Below the pieces are notes generated by a model. It was not told where the DNA came from, ran no database searches, and was given only the letters and a program-made list of their open reading frames with translations. This document shows, piece by piece, positions 56,879 to 64,000 of a stretch of DNA of 64,000 nt. Positions within the stretch are counted from its first letter, which is position 1; each line of letters starts with the position of its first letter. The stretch is taken from NCBI GenBank assembly GCA_016212705.1, contig JACREU010000002.1, positions 1,835-65,834 on the forward strand, read 5' to 3'. The DNA is from Deltaproteobacteria bacterium. GTDB lineage: Bacteria; Desulfobacterota; GWC2-55-46. The translations under genes and the position numbers were made by a program.

Positions 56879-57859
56879 TCAGCGATAGAGACGCAGTCTC
56901 ACGTCGTCTGTCAGGTCCGCGTCTTTGGCCCGTTCAAACCCTGACGTGCTCTCTATTATGTAATTGGGCCTTTTTTTGTTCTCGTTGTAGATGCGCCCTA
57001 TATAGATGCCGAGTATGCCGACGGTAAAGAGCTGTGTGCCGCCGAGGAAGAGCATGGTGGCCATTATCGCAGACCAGCCCGGGAGGTTCATGCCCAGGAA
57101 CTTCATTACGATGATCGCCACAAGATACATGAACGCGCCGACTGATACGAGGAAGCCTATGATGAGCGACAGGCTCAACGGCGCGAGAGAGAAAGACGTG
57201 AGCCCTGAGGTGAACGCGCTTATCGGGCCGAGCCCGAAGATCGGGTAGTGTGTGTCGCCGGCGAACCTCTTTTCCCTCGAATAGAATACCTGGACCTGCC
57301 TGAAACCGACCCATGAGACGAGCCCGCGCATGAAGGCGTCCTTTTCCTTGAGTTTGAGGACCTCCTTCACCACCCGCCTGTCGAGCAACTTGAAATCCCC
57401 TGAATCGACAGGGAGGTCTATTTCGGAGAAGAGCCTCAACACCCTGTACGCCTTCTTCGTTATCCACATCTTCAGGGGGTTCTCCCCGTCCCTCGCGACC
57501 CTTGTGGTGTAGACTACGTCGGCCCCCTCCTTCCATTTGGAGACGATCTCGGGTATGAGCTCCGGCGGGTCCTGGAGGTCGGTGTCCATATAGATGACCG
57601 CGTCACCCTTGGCAAGCCTCATCCCGGCGAAGACGCACGGGGTCGAGCCGAACCTCCTCGACATGTTGATTATCTTTATCGCAACGTCGTTTTTCATGAG
57701 TTCCGTGAGGAGCCTCAGCGAGCCGTCCGTCGAGGCGTCGTTGACGAATATGAATTCGTAACCGCACCCGGTCGTCTTAAGGGACTTATGCAGTCTCCTT
57801 ACGAGCTCCGGGATGTTAGCCTCCTCGTTCCTGAATGACAGCACAATGGAAATCAGCAT
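56879..57859 (-). CDS. GtrB/CsbB-type polyprenyl-phosphate glycosyltransferase (GT2)
   Basis: RNEEANI, VNDASTD, SRRFG, MDTDLQDPPE, GDFKLLDR, RGLVSWVGF, two C-terminal TM segments and KRPNYII. Confidence 0.95.
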   Translation of the reverse strand: MLISIVLSFRNEEANIPELVRRLHKSLKTTGCGYEFIFVNDASTDGSLRLLTELMKNDVAIKIINMSRRFGSTPCVFAGMRLAKGDAVIYMDTDLQDPPELIPEIVSKWKEGADVVYTTRVARDGENPLKMWITKKAYRVLRLFSEIDLPVDSGDFKLLDRRVVKEVLKLKEKDAFMRGLVSWVGFRQVQVFYSREKRFAGDTHYPIFGLGPISAFTSGLTSFSLAPLSLSLIIGFLVSVGAFMYLVAIIVMKFLGMNLPGWSAIMATMLFLGGTQLFTVGILGIYIGRIYNENKKRPNYIIESTSGFERAKDADLTDDVRLRLYR

Positions 57860-57895
57860 CCTGGCCTCCTTTTAAGCGAAAAAAACCGCCTCGTT

Positions 57896-58963
57896 TTAAG
57901 TAGTTGCCGCTTTCCTTTTGCACCCTGGCGCTATCCACCTGTAGAGATCGGCCAGCTCCCCGCATATGGCGCGAGGGTCGTGCCTTTTAAAATCGTATTC
58001 GTATAAGACCTCTCCCCGCGGAAGCTCCGCTCTCGCAAAAAGCCCCGGCAGGTCCTTGACCGCGTCGCTGAATGTAAACTCCTCGGGTATGCACGCGATC
58101 GACCCCCTCACAGACTCGTGGCAGATGACCATACGGCGGGCGTAGAGCGCCTCAAGGCAAACCCGCGGCATGCCTTCGGAGGCCGAGGGGAGCACGACGG
58201 CCTTGTATTCGCGTATCCGGTCCGGCACGTCCCCGGGCGGCACGTATCCCTGATACGCGGCGCCTTCGATATTAGAGACCCTCTCCGTGAAGACCGCGCC
58301 CATCGCGTTGAACCCGTAGAAGTCGAGTTCGAGCGGGTTCTCCGAGCCCTTCCGGTACGCCGCATAAGCGTCAAGCAATTCCAATACGCCTTTGTTCGCC
58401 GCGATCGTCCCGAAGTACGCAAGCTTGCGCCCTGGCTCGACCGCGGACCTTAAGGGTTTCAACGCAAGCGGCACCTGAATAACTATGGCGTTTTCTATCC
58501 AACCGTAAAACTCCCTTAAATCATCCGAGCAGAATATGAAGTTGTGTCCGAAGCCGAAGTTCCCGTAGAACCTGTCCCTTATGTCGATGACGACCTTTGA
58601 GGGAGACAAGAGCAACGCGAGCCAGATGAGCCGACCTATGTACCTGCCGTATACGTACCTCGCGTGAATGTGGACGACGTCCGACCCTGAAAACAGTATC
58701 TCTCTCAATATCTTCAGATAGTTGACCGCCTGATGTGCCCGCCTTTTAATCGGGGCCGAGTCATAGCTCAAGAGGCTGTCGTCATAGGAGACCCCTTCCG
58801 CCTCTTTGGAGCACCCGCGCTCGGTCAGTACCCTGATATCAAAATCCCTGTTGAAACCCGCCCCGAGACGCTCAAGTATTATGCCGTAGTCCACTGCGGC
58901 CCCGCCCTGGTAAGGGGGCATTATCGAGACTATGCAGAGGACTTTGAGCCTCGTCTTTGGCAT
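57896..58963 (-). CDS. Family 4 (GT-B) glycosyltransferase
   Basis: PPYQGGA, YFGTIAANKG and LPSASEGMPRVCLEA. Confidence 0.88.
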   Translation of the reverse strand: MPKTRLKVLCIVSIMPPYQGGAAVDYGIILERLGAGFNRDFDIRVLTERGCSKEAEGVSYDDSLLSYDSAPIKRRAHQAVNYLKILREILFSGSDVVHIHARYVYGRYIGRLIWLALLLSPSKVVIDIRDRFYGNFGFGHNFIFCSDDLREFYGWIENAIVIQVPLALKPLRSAVEPGRKLAYFGTIAANKGVLELLDAYAAYRKGSENPLELDFYGFNAMGAVFTERVSNIEGAAYQGYVPPGDVPDRIREYKAVVLPSASEGMPRVCLEALYARRMVICHESVRGSIACIPEEFTFSDAVKDLPGLFARAELPRGEVLYEYDFKRHDPRAICGELADLYRWIAPGCKRKAATT

Positions 58964-60191
58964 CTTTTCTCCTCCTTTTATTGAGCGCCTTGCTACAACC
59001 TATAGAGAAGCCCCGCAAGAAGGCCGAAAGGAAGACGGCCGGACCGTATCGGAACATATTGGAGAACGACCCGAAGGCCGGGGCCAATTTAAGCTTAGAG
59101 AGCTGAAAGAGCATGAGTATCACGAGCCTTATGACGTGGTTCTTCTTGAATACGGCGTCCCTGTGTATCACAGCGTCCCTCTGCGGGTGGGAAGAGCTGT
59201 CGAGCAGGCTCAGAAGTCCTTCGACAAGCCCTGGAAAATAGGCCTCTGCCTCAAACCTTAAGGCCTTGTTGAACGCGGCCTCGGCTATTCGGGTCCTGAG
59301 AGAATCGTTTGCGAGGTAGTGCCTGACCCTTTCAAGGAGCGACCTTTCGTCATGAAATACGTCTATCTCCTTTCCAGGGACAAAGGTCTCGCCAAGAGAC
59401 GGGGAGTGCTCGCTCAGGCAAAAAGACCTTGTAAGGGCGATTTCCATCGGACGCCCCTTGTTCTGCCTTACGATATTTGTCAGCGCGTTTTCGTTAAGGA
59501 ACCACGCAAGGGGTCCCGCGGAATCAACCTTAGTGAAGTTCAGGTTTATCTTCGAGCGTGAAAAGATGGACGGAATATCCTCCTTTTTCAAAAACCCGTT
59601 CTCAGAGCCGTCCCCGAAGGTCTCGACCGAGATACCGTTTCGCCTCAGATATTCGATGCAGTCGGCCCTGCCGCCCTTGGCACAGTCGCCTACGAAACTT
59701 ACGTCAATATCCTTTTTAATATCAACTGGATGAAAGTCTTTCTTTAGATAGCTTGAGAAGTAATACATGGAAGGGACGCCGAGCTTTCGATAGGCGAAGC
59801 ATGCGTAGTAATCGGTTGTAATCGCCGCGTCAAAGACCTGCGCGTAGTATTTCGAGAGGACGTCGAATATCATTTCATCGTCGAGCGCCCAGAGGACAAG
59901 CCTTGCGCCGGTCCGTTCCCGCAAGTCCCTGAAAAACTCGATCGATAACTCATAGCTGTCGCCGTTAGGCGCGAAGAAGACGGTATCGACGGACTCGTCC
60001 CTGACAATCCTCATTATCTCTCTTTCAGTCGGCCTTATGCCTGTCTCTGCGACCGAGTCGGAGAAATGGAATACCCTGCCTCCCCCAAAGCCCTCGATAA
60101 GGAGGCGCGCGTTCTGGTCCGCGAAGTCGTTCATGGTCGCGGCGTCCTTCTTGTGGACGTTAAGGACGAGTATGCGTCCGGCCGGCTTCAT
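58872..60191 (-). CDS. CgeB-like (Glyco_trans_1_2) glycosyltransferase
   Basis: DIDVSFVG, SKINLNF, KGRPMEIAL, PGKEIDVF and RTRIAEAA. Confidence 0.85.
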   Translation of the reverse strand: MKPAGRILVLNVHKKDAATMNDFADQNARLLIEGFGGGRVFHFSDSVAETGIRPTEREIMRIVRDESVDTVFFAPNGDSYELSIEFFRDLRERTGARLVLWALDDEMIFDVLSKYYAQVFDAAITTDYYACFAYRKLGVPSMYYFSSYLKKDFHPVDIKKDIDVSFVGDCAKGGRADCIEYLRRNGISVETFGDGSENGFLKKEDIPSIFSRSKINLNFTKVDSAGPLAWFLNENALTNIVRQNKGRPMEIALTRSFCLSEHSPSLGETFVPGKEIDVFHDERSLLERVRHYLANDSLRTRIAEAAFNKALRFEAEAYFPGLVEGLLSLLDSSSHPQRDAVIHRDAVFKKNHVIRLVILMLFQLSKLKLAPAFGSFSNMFRYGPAVFLSAFLRGFSIGCSKALNKRRRKDAKDEAQSPLHSLDNAPLPGRGRSGLRHNT

Positions 60192-61654
60192 TTTACAATC
60201 ACACGCTCCACATGGAGCCTCCTTCCCTTCACGTCTATCATCCCGAGGATGACGAGAGTACCGAGGACAGCCGCGCCGTATGCCGCTACGGTTACAGGGA
60301 GCTTTACATAAGGGCTAAAGCCTGTTGCCGAATACGATAACCTCAATACAGAAAGGGCCCCCAGGAGCGGGAGGACGAACGCAAAGACCCTCGCGACTAA
60401 CCTTTTATCAAGAAGCTCGACCCCGCAGTCCCTTACCTTTTTAATGAAATAGACCAATATAAGGCACTCAATCGCCGCAACGGATGCCGCGGCGCCCGTT
60501 GCTCCCCATAAATATATGGCCGCGCACCCTAATGTGGCGTTAAGGAGGGCCGCGTAGACTGATGGCCTCAAAATCTCCCTGTCCCTGTACATGGCGAGGA
60601 GCACCTGCATCCCGAGTATCGAGCTTATGTGTATCGTTATGAAGTTAAGCGACAGCAACCGTAAAGGCAGGACAGCGGGGAGCGCCTCTGTTGAGAAGAA
60701 GGCCGTCAATATCTCCTCCGTGAAGAACTGCGTAAAAAGAAACCCGGAGAGCGCCATTATCGATACCGCGAAGATTGATTCCCTGGCGGCCTCCCTCCCC
60801 TTCGAGATGGAATCTGAAAAGGCCTGCATCGTCTGCGGCTGGTATACAGTCGATACCTTCCCCTGTATGTTGGAATAAGCGTAAGTCAGCTGGTCGGCGA
60901 GCGAGTAATAACCCACCGCCGCGTCACCGGCGAATACCCCGAGGAATACGGCGGTAGCCCTCGTATACAGGATTATGAATATGTTCGAGACGAAAAAGTT
61001 GAAGTTTACCCGCATCTTTTTCAGCACAGTCTTAAAATCCGGCAGGGAGAGCGAGATGTTGAACCGCGCGCGCAGAAGCGCTATCGACGCGAGGTACGCC
61101 ATGACCCGCGGGAGGGTGAAGACGAGCGGCAAAAGCCTGTACCCGCTCTCGTCCCTTACAAGGGCAAAGAGGAGGAGAACGACCACAATGTTCCCGGCAA
61201 GGCTCATGTGCACGAAGTCCTTGAGTTTCTCTATGCCCTGATATACGAACGACGTGTCCAGGAACACGGCGACGAGCGTCAAAAGCGAATACATAAACAA
61301 CTCAGGCTCGGATGAGAACCTCATTAAAAATAGAAGAGGGAGCGCAATAATGACGGAGAACGCGAGCGCCATAAGCTTGGAAAACATTATCGCCGAATAT
61401 TCCGAGTTAAGGCATTTAAGGTCCTCGCTCATGGATATGTCCCGGACCCCTGTCTGAACGAACCCGTAGCCCGCCACTACCGAGAGCAACCCGGCTACGG
61501 CCTGGAAAAAAGCGTATTTGCCATAGTTTTCTATGCCCACGGTCTTAACCGTATAGGGGATAGTCACAAGCGGCAAGGCGTAGAGCCCGAGCTGGATAAC
61601 GATGAGGTTAACCCCGGACTTGAGCTTGGAGTCCTTTTTAATATCTGTTGGCAT
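60188..61654 (-). CDS. wzx: Wzx-type oligosaccharide flippase
   Basis: PLVTIPY...GIENYG, YQGIEK, AVGYYSLA and many TM segments. Confidence 0.9.
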   Translation of the reverse strand: MPTDIKKDSKLKSGVNLIVIQLGLYALPLVTIPYTVKTVGIENYGKYAFFQAVAGLLSVVAGYGFVQTGVRDISMSEDLKCLNSEYSAIMFSKLMALAFSVIIALPLLFLMRFSSEPELFMYSLLTLVAVFLDTSFVYQGIEKLKDFVHMSLAGNIVVVLLLFALVRDESGYRLLPLVFTLPRVMAYLASIALLRARFNISLSLPDFKTVLKKMRVNFNFFVSNIFIILYTRATAVFLGVFAGDAAVGYYSLADQLTYAYSNIQGKVSTVYQPQTMQAFSDSISKGREAARESIFAVSIMALSGFLFTQFFTEEILTAFFSTEALPAVLPLRLLSLNFITIHISSILGMQVLLAMYRDREILRPSVYAALLNATLGCAAIYLWGATGAAASVAAIECLILVYFIKKVRDCGVELLDKRLVARVFAFVLPLLGALSVLRLSYSATGFSPYVKLPVTVAAYGAAVLGTLVILGMIDVKGRRLHVERVIVK

Positions 61655-62891
61655 TTCGGAGACTCAGGTATATGGACTTGAGGTTAGGGAAGACCGAAAA
61701 GACGAAAAAGCCGACGGCCTTTCTCGCGTCGATCCTGCCGGTTTTCAGTATGGTCTCAATCTCTTCGAGCGCGTAACGCCATCTGCCGAGCGCGACAAAC
61801 CTCGCGAGCATCCTCACCCTGAAAGTGGCGTAGTACCTCTCGAAGTGGCTGTCTACGCAAACAGGAGAGAAACGACGGCGTCTGCCGCGCCTCCCTTCAT
61901 CTATAAGGGCGACGAGCCTTGGTATCGCGGTCATCACGTCGTAGTCCCTGACCGCCCTTTCGTGCCCGGCCTCGGCTATCGCTCCCCTCTCGGCATCGTG
62001 CGCGAGATAGTATCTTATCTTTTCAACGAGCTCGTCCCTTGAATCGAAAACCTCTACCTCTTTTCCAGGCTCGTAGGCCTCCTCTATTCCAGGCACATAT
62101 TCCGTAAGGACGAAACCGCCGGAGAGGGCTATCTCGGATATCCTCCCCTTCACCTGGCGGAGCCTTGAGTTTATCGATGGCTCTCGTCTGAGGGCGTTCC
62201 TCCGGGATATGCTGGTAAAGTTCAGGTTGACCTTCGTCCTGTTGAATACCTCAACCATCCTTACGAGCGGCAGAGGCCCGTTTGTCGACCCTGTCCCGAA
62301 GGTCTCGACCATTATGCCGTTTTTAGCCGCGTACTCGATGTACTCCTGTCTCTCAAGCTTGCCGTTGAAGTCTCCGACGAACGATACGTCGATGTCTTTT
62401 CTCGTGGTATCGACCCTGAAATATTTCGAGGCGTCGAAGGAACTGAAGAACGAGACCGCGTCTATCCCGTACTGCCGGAACCTGAACCGCGAAAGCGAAT
62501 CATAGACAACGACAAGGTCGAAGCACTGGGCATAATATATATCCCTGATGTCGAAGTAATGGTCGCAGTCGCCGGCGGTCATGACCATGAAGGCCTTTTT
62601 GCGGAGCCTTTCAAGGAAACCGAGGCTAAAGTGAAAGTCGCTCGGCGACGACTGGAATACAACGACCTCAGCCCCAATGGAATCGACCCTCTTCAACAGA
62701 TAATCCTCCAGGCCACCCTTCCCGAGAGCCATATACAGGTCGTCGTAGTCCAGGAACTCGGCGCCGCCTCGAACAAACTCCCTTATGTAGCCGAAGCCGA
62801 GGTCGTTGGAAAAATCGTCCCTCATCGTCGAGAGTATTACGTATTTTTTAGCGCCCATATCATGCCGATGGTTCAAGCGGTTTTTCGCCAT
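61638..62891 (-). CDS. CgeB-like (Glyco_trans_1_2) glycosyltransferase
   Basis: DIDVSFVG, TKVNLNF, KGRISEIALSGGF, PGKEVEVF and AIAEAGHERA. Confidence 0.87.
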   Translation of the reverse strand: MAKNRLNHRHDMGAKKYVILSTMRDDFSNDLGFGYIREFVRGGAEFLDYDDLYMALGKGGLEDYLLKRVDSIGAEVVVFQSSPSDFHFSLGFLERLRKKAFMVMTAGDCDHYFDIRDIYYAQCFDLVVVYDSLSRFRFRQYGIDAVSFFSSFDASKYFRVDTTRKDIDVSFVGDFNGKLERQEYIEYAAKNGIMVETFGTGSTNGPLPLVRMVEVFNRTKVNLNFTSISRRNALRREPSINSRLRQVKGRISEIALSGGFVLTEYVPGIEEAYEPGKEVEVFDSRDELVEKIRYYLAHDAERGAIAEAGHERAVRDYDVMTAIPRLVALIDEGRRGRRRRFSPVCVDSHFERYYATFRVRMLARFVALGRWRYALEEIETILKTGRIDARKAVGFFVFSVFPNLKSIYLSLRNANRY

Positions 62892-62933
62892 AACGCCGGC
62901 GGCTGTTTAATCCGCGTCTGCCGCCCCTAAGTC

Positions 62934-63998
62934 TCAGCGGCTCTCGCGCAGTATCGCGGTTGAGAGGTCGTCCTCGCGCGTATCTATCGCCATCTCAGAG
63001 TTGACCTTTCGTAGCGACTTGTTTACTTTCACAAACCTGCCGCCTTCGTTGGACAGCCATTTACGCATCTTCCTTATGATCGTACTTCCGAGCCCCTTGA
63101 CCCCGAAGTGTCTTACAAGGAGCGCGTACTTAAGGGCTGACTTTCTGATAAACTTTGGCAGTACCGAATACGCGAGCCCTATCCTGTAAGGCCGCGTCCG
63201 CTTCTTTCTTAAGACCTTCAGGTATCCGTTCTTCCTGATGTACGCGGTTATCAGCTCCATCGAAATATAATACTTCCAGTAGGCGAGCTCCTCTTTTTCA
63301 TAATCGGTGAAGTTGAGATAATGGCTTAGTTCGTTCGCGTCGACGTCGTGGAGGCTTTCGATATACCTCTCCTCTTCGTCTATCGTGTTGCCTATAAACC
63401 CCATCTTCCTCGCGTACTCGTAGACCGGGGTGCCGGGGATGGCCTGGACGAAGTTCACATAGACCTCAAACGGAAAGTCGATGTCGTCGGGCACAACCGA
63501 AGAGAGGTTTTTGATCGTCTCCTCTATCGTCTCCTCACTCTCTCCAGGCATCCCTATGACGAGCCCTATCACCGTAAAAAGCCTGTGCTTGAAGCATAGG
63601 CGTATCGCCTCAAGGTTCTCCTCGACCGTCGAGTTCTTTTCCATCACATCGAGTATCTTCTGCGAGAGGGACTCGATGCCGAAGTTGACGTGTACGCACC
63701 CGGCCTCCTTCCATGACTTCAATATTTCCTCGTTCACCGACTTGACCCGCACCGCAGGAGCCGCCCAGTTGAGCCCTGAGGCTTTCAGGTACTCGACGAG
63801 CCTTGCGGTCGCCTTCCTGTGGTTGCCGAAGTTCTCTTCGGAAAAGAGCAGAAGGCCCACATTGTGGTCAGCCTTCAGCGCTTCGATGTACTCTATTACG
63901 CCATCTCCCTCGAGGACCTTATACCCCTTAGTGAACCTGTGGCAGAAGGTGCACCTGTTTACGCAACCCTTGCTCGTAAAGGCGGTCGCAAGGTTTTT
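62934..63998 (-). CDS. Radical SAM enzyme, probably of the B12-binding class (5' truncated by the window edge)
   Basis: Frame is open to the edge: TSKGCVNRCTFCHR, EENF, FGIES, IGMPGE and PGTPVY. Confidence 0.88.
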   Translation of the reverse strand, partial: KNLATAFTSKGCVNRCTFCHRFTKGYKVLEGDGVIEYIEALKADHNVGLLLFSEENFGNHRKATARLVEYLKASGLNWAAPAVRVKSVNEEILKSWKEAGCVHVNFGIESLSQKILDVMEKNSTVEENLEAIRLCFKHRLFTVIGLVIGMPGESEETIEETIKNLSSVVPDDIDFPFEVYVNFVQAIPGTPVYEYARKMGFIGNTIDEEERYIESLHDVDANELSHYLNFTDYEKEELAYWKYYISMELITAYIRKNGYLKVLRKKRTRPYRIGLAYSVLPKFIRKSALKYALLVRHFGVKGLGSTIIRKMRKWLSNEGGRFVKVNKSLRKVNSEMAIDTREDDLSTAILRESR

Positions 63999-64000
63999 AT

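Overview
A 64-kb window of GC-rich bacterial chromosome. The gene content (miaB-DUF151-PHP, mutS-amidase-glnD-xerD, NapC/NirT cytochrome, HDOD) suggests a deltaproteobacterium / Desulfobacterota-like organism; this is inference. Bases 1-20.6 kb hold a rearranged MSHA-like type IV pilus locus (mshE-G-F-A ... C-D-O-P-Q-M-N-pilMNO-K-secretin-SPOR). A three-gene membrane modification cassette sits between the major and minor pilins: a YfhO-like GT-C, a membrane-fused spermidine-synthase-like SAM enzyme and an ArnT/PMT-like GT-C. The cassette is bounded by a terminator and a new sigma70 promoter, and both GT-C genes have a homopolymer tract at their 5' end (T9, G10). Bases 20.7-36.9 kb carry housekeeping genes plus an odd signalling pair: degenerate GGDEF-DICT and REC-DUF4388-pseudo-GTPase. 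A 28-bp dif site lies 70 bp after xerD, and gene orientation and KOPS-like octamers flip around it, so the window probably spans the replication terminus. Bases 37.4-39.4 kb contain a sigma28-type-driven HDOD gene, an Lrp RAM-domain gene, a tetraheme cytochrome and tRNA-Arg(CCT). Bases 39.5-64 kb are a minus-strand surface-polysaccharide locus (wzi, SLBB exporter, wzz, capD-like, WecA-like, glycosyltransferases, wzy/waaL-like, wzx) with three radical SAM enzymes, a structured leader and G-quadruplex-like spacers. I saw no CRISPR, rRNA, transposase or prophage. All family calls come from motif recognition by eye; no database search was run.
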